Below are positions 48,228 to 57,353 of a stretch of DNA of 64,000 nt, one piece after another (the stretch's first letter is position 1; each line of letters begins with the position of its first letter). This stretch comes from an uncultured Methanosarcinales archaeon (GTDB taxonomy: Archaea > Nanobdellota > Nanobdellia > Woesearchaeales > DATDXC01): NCBI GenBank assembly GCA_964510025.1, contig CAZDZV010000004.1, positions 611 to 64,610 of the forward strand, written 5' to 3'. Both the position numbers and the translations under genes were made by a program. The notes under the pieces are model-generated. The model worked only from the letters and a program-made list of their open reading frames with translations, was not told where the DNA came from and made no database searches.

Positions 48228-48724
48228 ACATACAGCACCAGTCTTATTATCTGTGAGTCGTAGTTGACAAACCTCAGGATCTTGATGAGCTGCTCGGGAT
48301 CTGAATCCTTGTAGTTAGCGCCGATCTCATCCACTCCATCTATGTTCACTGTATTATTGTCCTTATCTTCAAATGTGACGTAGTAGTTCCTGTCTGTCGA
48401 AAGGAGCAGCCTCGACCTGTCATAATCAGCCAGTGCGATATTGTTGAAGTTGCCCACCTTGTTGGCATCCAGGTCCATGCTTCCGTTTGTAAGCCCGATT
48501 ATCACCGCATTTCCTGGTTCCCAGTCTGCGGGATAGCCGCTTGAAACGAGATAGTTTGATACAAGCTTTGCATCGATCAGCAGGTTATCCATGCCCTGTT
48601 CCTTTACATCAAGTGCAGAGGTGCTGTACTGATAGAAGATATAGATGCCTACAGAGAATATCAGCAGCGCTATAGCGATGTCAGCTCCCCACATCTGCGC
48701 TTTAGTTGATGTATATCGTTCCAT
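48221..48724 (-). CDS. Minor pilin-like protein
   Basis: TKA|QMWGADIAIALLIF; GYPADW motif. Confidence 0.75.
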   Translation of the reverse strand: MERYTSTKAQMWGADIAIALLIFSVGIYIFYQYSTSALDVKEQGMDNLLIDAKLVSNYLVSSGYPADWEPGNAVIIGLTNGSMDLDANKVGNFNNIALADYDRSRLLLSTDRNYYVTFEDKDNNTVNIDGVDEIGANYKDSDPEQLIKILRFVNYDSQIIRLVLYVW

Positions 48725-49079
48725 TTGTCTTGTTTATTATGTTTATGCCCTTGGTGATGGTCCCGGTGACATTAGGTATCTCTTTCCAGAAATCCTGGTT
48801 GTCGGCATGGATGATCACATATTTTCCTTCTATGGATATTGAATAGTTCTTGGTAAGCAGCTTCTCAGGCAGAGTGAATTCCCTGACATAGCCGTCTACG
48901 ACCCTTGCGGCCAGATTTACCTCTTTCTGTATCTTGCTTACCACAGAATCCGCAACCAACAGGAACTTGTTCCTGTTCACTACAGTTGTGTTGTATGCCA
49001 CTGCTCCCATCACAATGGCAAATATGAATAGCATGCCTCCCACAAGAAGCATGAATTCCGTTGATGCCTGCGACTTCAT
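48702..49079 (-). CDS. Minor pilin
   Basis: MKS|QASTEFMLLVGG class III signal with E at +5. Confidence 0.8.
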   Translation of the reverse strand: MKSQASTEFMLLVGGMLFIFAIVMGAVAYNTTVVNRNKFLLVADSVVSKIQKEVNLAARVVDGYVREFTLPEKLLTKNYSISIEGKYVIIHADNQDFWKEIPNVTGTITKGINIINKTNGTIYIN

Positions 49080-49513
49080 GTTGAGTTTATGAATACATAT
49101 CCCTCGTTCGCTTCTACGCTTACATATTGGTATCCCTCTGATGTTTTTATGCTGCCCTTCAAAGGGATAGGAGACAAATAGAAGATATCAGATTCGCCCA
49201 TCCTTGTCTGTACCTTGAAGGATATCTCATAGGCGACATCAGTCGGATCTGCAGGATCAAGGCTATTGAGGTTCACTGAATTTACCCCGCCCGGCATGTA
49301 TATCTTGATGGTGGTTTTGGTCGGCGCGCCGTAGTAGTAGATGGATTCAGCAGTATCGACGATCTCCTTGGATATCTGGTCTATCTGGTTTGTATTTATC
49401 GTGCCTCTGACCTCAGACGAATAATGAGAGGATACAGCTATTATCGACAGAGCTATGAAAGTGGCCACTCCAACAACAAGCACGTATTCCAAGCCTACCT
49501 GTCCCAGCCTTAT
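49076..49513 (-). CDS. Minor pilin, first gene of the operon; probable ATA start
   Basis: In-frame upstream extension (ATA)RLG|QVGLEYVLVVG completes a class III signal; YYYGAPTKTTI motif. Confidence 0.7.
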   Translation of the reverse strand: MRLGQVGLEYVLVVGVATFIALSIIAVSSHYSSEVRGTINTNQIDQISKEIVDTAESIYYYGAPTKTTIKIYMPGGVNSVNLNSLDPADPTDVAYEISFKVQTRMGESDIFYLSPIPLKGSIKTSEGYQYVSVEANEGYVFINST

Positions 49514-49690
49514 TTCTCGAGAAATTCCTATACACCTCTTGGTGGAATATATAAATTACTACTATATAAATTTAATCATATTCTCTCATCCAGCATCCGG
49601 AATATAGTCACTATCTCAGAATTAATACATAGCTTTAAAAAACAAATAGGCAGATAGTATAATTGGGTAGTGGTCAATATAGAATTTAGA

Positions 49691-50536
49691 ATGGATGAGA
49701 AAAATATATCCGAAACTGAAAAAGAGCTGATAGGATACATACAAAAGCTGCTTTCTGAAAACCATACTAAGGATGATATCAAAAAAGCATTGCTGGAAGT
49801 GGGATGGCCGGAAGACTATGTAGCATCTATCCTTGAAAACACCGAAAAGCCGCTGATGCAGCCTGCTGATTCTGCGCCAGCTGACCTAAAGACCTATGAG
49901 ACAGAATTTGATAAGATAGTGGATCTGGCAAAAGAAAAAGGGAGCATAAAGGTATCAGCTCTGGCAAAGCATCTGGGAGCAGACAAGAAAAATATCGAGG
50001 AGTGGGCCACTATCCTTGAAGAGCACAACCTTGTTAAGATATATTACCCGCTGATTGGCGAAGCAGAGGTAAGAAAGACAGACTATAAGCCGCCGAAAAA
50101 GCCGAAAAGGCAGCCAAAGAAGGATAAGCCAAAGAAGGATAAGCCAAAAAAGACAGCAAACAGGCCTCTTTGTGTCTCGATAATAGCTGTCCTGTTTTTC
50201 ATCTCAGGCGGCTTTAGCCTTATTTACAGCCTTTTCCTGATGATACAGGGCGGGATGGGAGCTGCTTCAGCAAGCGCAGTGCCTATCGGCGGCCCGATCA
50301 TAGCAGAGATGATTAAGGGATTCTACATCTTCATAGTATTTATCCAGGTATTGGTTGGCGCCTTTTCGATCCTCATAGGGTTGGGCTTATGGAACCTGAA
50401 GAACTGGGCAAGGATAACCGCTATAGTCCTTCACGCCATAGGTATGCTGACCATAATAATGATACCGATATCCATTCTGATCATATATCTTCTTTCGAAA
50501 AAAAGCACCAAGCAGGCATTCATGGAAGTGAGATAA
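49691..50536 (+). CDS. Membrane protein with N-terminal helical and wHTH-like domains and KPKK linker
   Basis: YIQ..L.....IKKALLEVGW domain, LAKHLG...IEEWA.ILEE HTH-like segment, C-terminal TM helices. Start may be the GTG at 49670. Confidence 0.65.
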   Translation: MDEKNISETEKELIGYIQKLLSENHTKDDIKKALLEVGWPEDYVASILENTEKPLMQPADSAPADLKTYETEFDKIVDLAKEKGSIKVSALAKHLGADKKNIEEWATILEEHNLVKIYYPLIGEAEVRKTDYKPPKKPKRQPKKDKPKKDKPKKTANRPLCVSIIAVLFFISGGFSLIYSLFLMIQGGMGAASASAVPIGGPIIAEMIKGFYIFIVFIQVLVGAFSILIGLGLWNLKNWARITAIVLHAIGMLTIIMIPISILIIYLLSKKSTKQAFMEVR

Positions 50537-50537
50537 G

Positions 50538-52052
50538 GTGGAAGAGATAGACAGGTATGAGGTAACTGCCGATGAGATAAAGGCAGAAGTCCGCATACTT
50601 GGCGGAAAAGGCATCATGAACACATACAACCTCATAGTGCCAACTGTCAGCAAGCCCACGATGGCACTCATAGAAGAGCTGAAGCAGGAGCTTATCATGA
50701 ACGTGAAGGTCAGCGCTGCTGAGATCCTGGATCCGAAGATCATGAACAAGCTTAAGCAGAAGTTCAAGGAAGAGTCCCAGCAGATGCTTAAGAAAAAGGT
50801 GCCCACCTTGGATGAGGACGCAAGAAATTTCCTGGTTGGCATCCTTCTTCATGACATGCTTGGCTTCGGCAAGACAGAATTTCTCCTGAATGATGGCGAC
50901 CTGGAGGAGATCATCATCAATTCCGCAACAGAGCCCGTGAGGGTGTACCATAAGAAGTTCGGCTGGCTGGAGACCAACATAAGCATCGAATCCGAAGACA
51001 AGATACAGAACTTCAGCAACATGATCGCAAGAAGGGTAGGAAGGCAGATCAACACCCTTAATCCCCTGCTTGACGCCCATCTGATCACAGGAGACAGGGC
51101 CAATGCTGTCTTTTACCCTATAGCAAACAAAGGGAATACTATTACCATCAGAAAATTTGCCAGGGACCCCTGGACTGTAACTGACTTCATAACGAACAGG
51201 ACATCAAATGCAGATATCTTTGCGCTTATCTGGCTCGCCATGCAGTATGAGATGAACATAATAATCAGCGGAGGCACAGGCTCGGGAAAGACAAGCTTGC
51301 TGAACGTTTGCATGCCGTTTATCCCGCCAAACCAGAGGATCATAAGCATTGAGGATACAAGGGAGCTGCAGCTTCCTAAGTTCCTTTACTGGTGCCCTCT
51401 GACGACAAGGCAGCCTAATCCTGAGGGAAAAGGCGAGGTTACTATGCTTGATCTGCTCGTAAATTCGTTAAGGATGAGGCCAGACAGGATCATACTTGGA
51501 GAGATAAGGAGGAAGACAGAGGCCCAGGTCCTTTTCGAGGCAATGCACACCGGCCACAGCGTCTATGCCACCATACACGCGGATTCCACAAAAGAGACCA
51601 TACAGAGGCTTATAAATCCGCCTATCAGCGTTCCCAAGAATCTGCTCTCAGCCGTAAACCTGAACGTGGTCATGTTCAGGGAAAGGAGAAGGACATTGAG
51701 AAGGGTCTACCAGGTCGGCGAATTCGTTGTAGGCGAAGAGGCCCAGAACATATCGGTCAAGCAGAATGTGCTTTTCAGGTGGAAGCCTTCCAACGATAGC
51801 ATTGTCCAGCATTCGCCGTCGGTCAGGATCTACGAGGACCTGAGCAGGCACACCGGTCTCTCAGAATCAGAGATAAAGAAAGATCTGGAAGGAAAGAAGA
51901 AGGTGCTGAGCTACATGGTGAAAAATAAGATCCGAAGCCTGAATGAGGTGGGCAAGGTGATGAAGGATTTCTACCTGGACCCCAATGGAGTTGTTGATGC
52001 TGTGGAGAAGAATGTTCACCCTGAAAAGATATTAGGTAGTCACGATGTTTAA
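50538..52052 (+). CDS. Type IV pilus/Tad assembly ATPase (CpaF/VirB11 family)
   Basis: GGTGSGKT, SIEDTREL, LRMRPDRIILGEIR, AMHTGH, TIHA. Confidence 0.95.
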   Translation: MEEIDRYEVTADEIKAEVRILGGKGIMNTYNLIVPTVSKPTMALIEELKQELIMNVKVSAAEILDPKIMNKLKQKFKEESQQMLKKKVPTLDEDARNFLVGILLHDMLGFGKTEFLLNDGDLEEIIINSATEPVRVYHKKFGWLETNISIESEDKIQNFSNMIARRVGRQINTLNPLLDAHLITGDRANAVFYPIANKGNTITIRKFARDPWTVTDFITNRTSNADIFALIWLAMQYEMNIIISGGTGSGKTSLLNVCMPFIPPNQRIISIEDTRELQLPKFLYWCPLTTRQPNPEGKGEVTMLDLLVNSLRMRPDRIILGEIRRKTEAQVLFEAMHTGHSVYATIHADSTKETIQRLINPPISVPKNLLSAVNLNVVMFRERRRTLRRVYQVGEFVVGEEAQNISVKQNVLFRWKPSNDSIVQHSPSVRIYEDLSRHTGLSESEIKKDLEGKKKVLSYMVKNKIRSLNEVGKVMKDFYLDPNGVVDAVEKNVHPEKILGSHDV

Positions 52053-52938
52053 GATTCCATATGCCCTGCTTCCCGAGCCTGCATTGCAGAAAAATTCATC
52101 TTTCTTCATCGGGCTTGGCGCTGCGCTCGAAAAGTCATTTCCATTCCTTAAGCTGGCCCTCAAGCAGGCTGAGACAGACTATTCGCCGAGGGAATACCTC
52201 AGCATGTGCCTTATGGCCAGCACCATCTTTTTCTTTTTTTTCCTTTCCTTCCTGACATTTGTCCTGCTGATACTGGACGTTGATAACTTTTTCCTCATGG
52301 CTCTGATGGCTGCCACTGCGATAACCATGTTCGCATTTTTCCAGCAGATAAGCTATCCTAAGATACATGCGAACAGGCGGCTGCGGGATATTGAGAGGAA
52401 CCTGCTCAGCGCCCTGCAGAACATCCTGATCCAGCTCAACTCTGGCGTGCCCTTGTTTGAGACAATGGTCAATGTCTCAAAAGAGGATTATGGTGAGATA
52501 TCCAAGGAGTTCTCCAAGGCTGTAAAGGCTATAAACGGAGGCAAAGACCAGATAGAGGCGCTGGAAGATATGGCTGCAATCAACCCGTCATTATTCTTCA
52601 GGAGAGCTATTTGGCAGCTAGTCAACGGCATGAAATCAGGTGCTAATATGACCACGGTCATACAGGAGATAATAGACCTCCTCGCAGAGGAGCAGATCCT
52701 GCAGATCCAAAGGTATGGTAGCCAGCTGAACCCCTTGGCCATGTTCTATATGCTGGTAGTGGTGATTGCTCCCTCGCTGGGCATGACATTCATGCTCGTC
52801 CTTTCATCATTTATCAGCCTTCCGGAGGTCATGACAAAGATGATGTTTTGGGGGGTATACGCGCTGGTTACTTTCTTCCAGATAATGTTCATGGGCATCA
52901 TTAAGTCAAAGAGGCCCAATTTGCTTCAGAGTGATTAG
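52045..52938 (+). CDS. TadB/TadC (T2SS F-family) membrane platform protein
   Basis: IQLNSGVPL, YGEISKEF; TM pairs; follows the ATPase. Confidence 0.88.
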   Translation: MFKIPYALLPEPALQKNSSFFIGLGAALEKSFPFLKLALKQAETDYSPREYLSMCLMASTIFFFFFLSFLTFVLLILDVDNFFLMALMAATAITMFAFFQQISYPKIHANRRLRDIERNLLSALQNILIQLNSGVPLFETMVNVSKEDYGEISKEFSKAVKAINGGKDQIEALEDMAAINPSLFFRRAIWQLVNGMKSGANMTTVIQEIIDLLAEEQILQIQRYGSQLNPLAMFYMLVVVIAPSLGMTFMLVLSSFISLPEVMTKMMFWGVYALVTFFQIMFMGIIKSKRPNLLQSD

Positions 52939-52940
52939 AA

Positions 52941-53912
52941 ATGTATCAGTTTTTAGCCAATTTTTTTCCGAAAAAAGTACAGCAGGACTATGTTAACCTG
53001 TTGAGGTATTCAAACATCAAGATAAACCCTAGGCGGTTCATAGGCTTCGTTGGATTTTTCGGTTTTTTGCTGGCCCTTACTGTTGCGTTCTACGCATCAT
53101 GGTTTTTTGGGCTTTCCTTCTGGCTGTTTTTCTTTGGATTCTTTGTTCTTGCGCAGGTTACTGTATATTTCTACCTGGTGTTGAGGGCTGATTCAAAATC
53201 AAGATTTGTTGAAAGCATACTTCCTGACGTGCTGCAGCTTATGGCATCCAACCTCAGGGCTGGCCTGACCACTGACAAGGCGCTTTTGCTTTCCGCAAGG
53301 CCAGAGTTTGGATCGTTCAAGGATGAGATAAACCATGTCGGCAAGCAGATAGCAATGGGAAAAGAGATAGGCGCTGCCTTGGTGGATATGAGCAAGAAGA
53401 TCAAGTCTGAGAGGCTTGGCAAGACTGTTTCACTGGTAGTGTCCGGCCTTCAGGCAGGCGGCGAACTTGCTGCCCTCCTCGAGCAGACAGCGAAGAATCT
53501 CAGGCAGCAAAGCCTTGTGGACGACAGGATCAGGGCTAATGCTATGATGTATGTCATCTTCATATTCGTAGCCGTCTGTTTGGGAGCCCCTGGCCTTTTT
53601 GGGCTGAGCTCTTTCCTTGTGGAGGTCCTGCAGAGCGCGATAGGCACCCTTGACGTACCACAGAACATAGGGGCGTCGGTGCCGATCTCATTCTCTGAGA
53701 TCTCGATAGGCAATGATTTCATTATGATGTTCTCTGTAGTCTTTCTGATAACCTCCTCCATAATGGGTTCGCTGATCCTCGGCCTGATATCGAAGGGCAA
53801 GGAGAGGGATGGCATCAAATGGATACCCATACTGATAGCTGCAAGCCTCGCTGTCTTCTTTATCAGCCGGATAGTCGTCAAATCACTTGTCGGAGACCTA
53901 TTCCAATTTTAA
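52941..53912 (+). CDS. TadC (T2SS F-family) membrane platform protein
   Basis: LPDVLQLMASNLRAG, RPEFG, AGGELAALL. Confidence 0.9.
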   Translation: MYQFLANFFPKKVQQDYVNLLRYSNIKINPRRFIGFVGFFGFLLALTVAFYASWFFGLSFWLFFFGFFVLAQVTVYFYLVLRADSKSRFVESILPDVLQLMASNLRAGLTTDKALLLSARPEFGSFKDEINHVGKQIAMGKEIGAALVDMSKKIKSERLGKTVSLVVSGLQAGGELAALLEQTAKNLRQQSLVDDRIRANAMMYVIFIFVAVCLGAPGLFGLSSFLVEVLQSAIGTLDVPQNIGASVPISFSEISIGNDFIMMFSVVFLITSSIMGSLILGLISKGKERDGIKWIPILIAASLAVFFISRIVVKSLVGDLFQF

Positions 53913-53953
53913 ATTCGTAAACTTTATATATCATGCACTATAGGTATTTTTTG

Positions 53954-54649
53954 ATGGCTATAGAGAGGATAGCGACAGGCATAGCCGGGCTGGACGGCCT
54001 TGTGGGAGGCGGATTCAAGCGCAACACCATAAACCTTATAGCTGGAGCTCCTGGCACAGGAAAGACCATATTCGCTGTCCAGTTTATCATGGAGGGGATA
54101 AGGAAAGGGGAGCCCGGCGTCTACATAACTTTCGAGGAAAAGAAGAAAAATGTCTATGAAGACATGCTGGAATTTGGATGGGATCTTGAAAAAGCCGAGA
54201 AGGAGGGGAAATTTATCTTTATGGAATACACCCCTGAGCAGGTCAAGAACATCCTGACAGAAGGCGGAGGCATTGTTGAGTCAGTTATCGAGAAGACAAA
54301 AGCAAGAAGGATAGTCATTGACTCCATAACCTCATTCACCCTGCTCTATGGGGACGAGCTTACAAAAAAAGAGGCTGCACTTGCCTTATTTGAGCTGATC
54401 TCAAAGTGGAACTGCACCGGGCTTCTGACGTCCCAGGATATCTCCAAGGATGAACTTACGATATCAACTGCGCTGGAGTTTGAGGTTGACGGCATAATCC
54501 TTGTTTATCATGTCAGAAAAAAAGGCACAAGGATAAGGGCTATAGAGATACTTAAGATGAGGGGTACAAAGATACCTGAAAAGACATTCCAGCTTGAGAT
54601 AACAAATAAGGGTATCAAGATCAATACCCAGAAGATAGAGATGCTGTAA
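53954..54649 (+). CDS. Single-domain KaiC-like (RAD55/COG0467) ATPase
   Basis: TGIAGLD, GAPGTGKT, ITFEE, RIVIDSI, ILKMRGT. TTTATATA at 53923-53930 suggests a leaderless start at 53954. Confidence 0.9.
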   Translation: MAIERIATGIAGLDGLVGGGFKRNTINLIAGAPGTGKTIFAVQFIMEGIRKGEPGVYITFEEKKKNVYEDMLEFGWDLEKAEKEGKFIFMEYTPEQVKNILTEGGGIVESVIEKTKARRIVIDSITSFTLLYGDELTKKEAALALFELISKWNCTGLLTSQDISKDELTISTALEFEVDGIILVYHVRKKGTRIRAIEILKMRGTKIPEKTFQLEITNKGIKINTQKIEML

Positions 54650-54663
54650 AAAAAGGTGATAGG

Positions 54664-55842
54664 ATGATAAAGGTTAAGGAACTGATGGTCAAGGATGTAA
54701 TAACGATAAATGCTGATGAGAGCGCCTATAGGGCAAGCGAGATCATGGCTGACAATTCTGTAAGCTGCCTTATAGTGATGGAAGACAGCAAGCCTATCGG
54801 CGTTTTAAGCGAGAGAAGCCTGGTGCATGACGTCCTTCTTAAGGAAAAAAATCCTAAAGACACCAGGGTTTCAGACATAATGAAAAAGATCAGCACCATG
54901 GGCCCTGATGAGCATTTCTTTTCCCTGGTTGAATACATGAGAAAGAACAACCTCAGGAGGGTTGTCATCGTAGATAAGGGCCAGCTGGCAGGCATCGTCA
55001 CAGAGACAGATGTCGTAAGGACATCCATAAGGCTCCAGAACTACCTGGAATCCAAGGCAATGGGAAAGGCAAAGAAAGGCGCTCTCATGAACAAGCTGGG
55101 CGACATACAGTTCGGCGTAAGAAAGATGAGCGCCGGATACAAGGACCTCAATGAGATCCTGCATGGAGGTTTTCCCTACAACAAGAGCATATTGCTGGTG
55201 GGCTCGCCTGGTTCAGGCAAGGGCCTGGTTGCTTTCACCTATATGAAGGAAGGGCTCATCTCGAAAAATAAGGTGGTTTATATCTGTATGAACGAGTTTC
55301 TCAAGGATATAGAGGGGCTCTTTGCATCTATTGGGGTGGATATAAACGATCATCTGAAGAAAGGCAATTTTGGCCTGATAAATATGTATAAGCAGATAAT
55401 CGATGACCCAAAAAGGATATTTAACGAGGAAGACCAGCTCCTGCTGAAGGAGTTTTCAGTCATCAAGGAGACGCTTCTTAACATAATCAAGGAATCAGAG
55501 GTCCCTATAAGGTGCGTTGTAAATGTCATTACCCAGTCATTGGTACTCCACAAGGAAGGAGTGGTCTATAAGTTCATATTGAGGCTGAATAATCTCCTAA
55601 AGGAGAACAACATTACTTCCCTCTTCTTTATCCACAGGGGGAAGAAAGATGACCAGTTTTCGGTCTCTATGGAGGAGATCATGGACGGGGTCCTGGATTT
55701 CAGCACAGAGAATGTGGGGCCACATGAGAAGAGGATTCTTACCCTGAAAAAGATGAAGCCTGAATTTGCCCATCTCCCGCTATACTACTACTACCAGTTT
55801 GACCGCACCAGGAACATGATGATAGACAGGATGAAGGATTAG
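54664..55842 (+). CDS. CBS-pair plus KaiC-like ATPase fusion
   Basis: N-terminal CBS pair (VKELM...IGVLSERSL...GIVTETDV); C-terminal GSPGSGKG RecA fold. Confidence 0.85.
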   Translation: MIKVKELMVKDVITINADESAYRASEIMADNSVSCLIVMEDSKPIGVLSERSLVHDVLLKEKNPKDTRVSDIMKKISTMGPDEHFFSLVEYMRKNNLRRVVIVDKGQLAGIVTETDVVRTSIRLQNYLESKAMGKAKKGALMNKLGDIQFGVRKMSAGYKDLNEILHGGFPYNKSILLVGSPGSGKGLVAFTYMKEGLISKNKVVYICMNEFLKDIEGLFASIGVDINDHLKKGNFGLINMYKQIIDDPKRIFNEEDQLLLKEFSVIKETLLNIIKESEVPIRCVVNVITQSLVLHKEGVVYKFILRLNNLLKENNITSLFFIHRGKKDDQFSVSMEEIMDGVLDFSTENVGPHEKRILTLKKMKPEFAHLPLYYYYQFDRTRNMMIDRMKD

Positions 55843-55879
55843 AAAGCATTAAATAGGATTAGCTGATTTAGGGGGCAAA

Positions 55880-56227
55880 ATGAAAAAGACCATCATAGGA
55901 CTGACTGAGAAAGTGACGATAATAGGAAAGAAGAAGAGCCAGAAAAGGCTCATAGCTAAGGTGGATACAGGCGCCACAAAAAGCTCCATGGATTCCCGGC
56001 TTGCTGCCAGGATGCATCTTGGGCCGGTCATAAAGACAAAGCTTGTTAAGTCAGCTCACGGCAACAGGCTGAGGCCTGTGATAGAGGCCCATATAAAGAT
56101 TGCAGGCAAGAAGCTGAAAGCAGAATTCACCCTGGCAGACAGGATACACATGAAATATCACGTTCTCATAGGACAGAACATCCTTAAGCACGGATTTCTT
56201 ATCGATCCCTCTAAAAGAAGCAAATGA
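55880..56227 (+). CDS. RimK-associated retropepsin-like protease ('ATP-dependent zinc protease' family)
   Basis: AKVDTGA, RPVI, FTLADR..MKY.VLIG. Confidence 0.88.
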   Translation: MKKTIIGLTEKVTIIGKKKSQKRLIAKVDTGATKSSMDSRLAARMHLGPVIKTKLVKSAHGNRLRPVIEAHIKIAGKKLKAEFTLADRIHMKYHVLIGQNILKHGFLIDPSKRSK

Positions 56228-57315
56228 AAGCAGGCTTAATATCATTGCAGAGCAAGAGTTCCCTTATGATAGTGGAGGCCCTCAAGAAGTATTTCACCAA
56301 TGTGGATAGCCTTGATATCAGGAAGATGGAAGCTAACCTTAGCGGAAGGGACCTGGAGATACTCTACGAGGGCAAAGCCTTCAAGGAATATGACATGATA
56401 TATGCGAGAGGGTCCTTTCGCTATACACCGTTGCTCAGGACGCTGACAAAGGCCAAAGAAGATTCTGCCTACATGCCTATACAGGCAGAGGCATATACAA
56501 TCGGCCATGACAAGCTGCTTACCCATCTTGTCCTCCAGCAGTATAAGATACCTATGCCAAGGACATACCTTACAAGCTCTGCCAAGGCAGCTAAAAAGAT
56601 CCTGAAAAAGATAAACTATCCTATCATCATGAAATTCCCTTCTGGCACAGGCGGCAAAGGCGTCATGTTTGCTGAGTCATTTGCTGCAGCTTCTTCCATG
56701 ATGGATGCGCTGGAGACTCTTCGTCAGCCATTCATACTTCAGGAATATATAGAGACAGGCGGCACAGACACAAGGGCGATTGTTGTCGGAAACAAGGTCA
56801 TAGCTGCCATGAGAAGAAAAGCGGTTGTGGGAGAAAAAAGGAGCAATATCCACGCAGGCGGCCTAGGAGAGCCCATACTGCTGGATGAGCATACCAGAAA
56901 GATCGCTTGCGACGTCTCTGCTGCCATCGCAGCCAAGATATGTGCAGTGGACATACTGGATTCACCCAAAGGCCCCCTGGTGATTGAGGTCAACCTAAGC
57001 CCCGGACTGCAGGGCATCACAAAGACCACAAAAGTAGATGTAGCTGATAAGACAGCAAAATATCTGTTTGAGGAGACCAAGAAGTTTAGGGATACAGGCA
57101 AAAAAGCAGACACAAAAAAGGTGATGAAAGAGCTAAATCTTGACTATAAAGAGGCAGAACAGAACATCCTGACTAACCTGGATTTTAGGGCTCAGCGTAT
57201 TCTTCTGCCAAAGATAGTCACCGAAATAACCGGATTCAATGATAAGCAGGAGCTGCTGATCAAGGCTAAGAAGGGCAATATTGAGATAAAAGAGTACAAT
57301 ATAAACGACAAGTAA
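56224..57315 (+). CDS. RimK-family ATP-grasp ligase with C-terminal extension
   Basis: DKLLT, GTGGKGV, LQEYI, RSNIHAGG, AVDIL, EVNLSPG. Confidence 0.9.
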   Translation: MKAGLISLQSKSSLMIVEALKKYFTNVDSLDIRKMEANLSGRDLEILYEGKAFKEYDMIYARGSFRYTPLLRTLTKAKEDSAYMPIQAEAYTIGHDKLLTHLVLQQYKIPMPRTYLTSSAKAAKKILKKINYPIIMKFPSGTGGKGVMFAESFAAASSMMDALETLRQPFILQEYIETGGTDTRAIVVGNKVIAAMRRKAVVGEKRSNIHAGGLGEPILLDEHTRKIACDVSAAIAAKICAVDILDSPKGPLVIEVNLSPGLQGITKTTKVDVADKTAKYLFEETKKFRDTGKKADTKKVMKELNLDYKEAEQNILTNLDFRAQRILLPKIVTEITGFNDKQELLIKAKKGNIEIKEYNINDK

Positions 57316-57353
57316 TTTAAATGCAGCTGCATTCTAGGCCATTGGGGGTATAA

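Noticed and set aside
50088..50150. 15-nt tandem repeat (GCCAAAGAAGGATAA)
   Set aside because: It encodes an in-frame low-complexity KPKKD linker; no sign of phase variation.
36998..53912. Archaellum operon
   Set aside because: No recognisable archaellin or ArlF/G; the two TadC-like genes and the pilin types fit an adhesive type IV pilus.
53954..55842. Circadian KaiC clock
   Set aside because: Single ATPase domains, no kaiA/kaiB, and no Ser-Thr phosphosite pair at the expected position.
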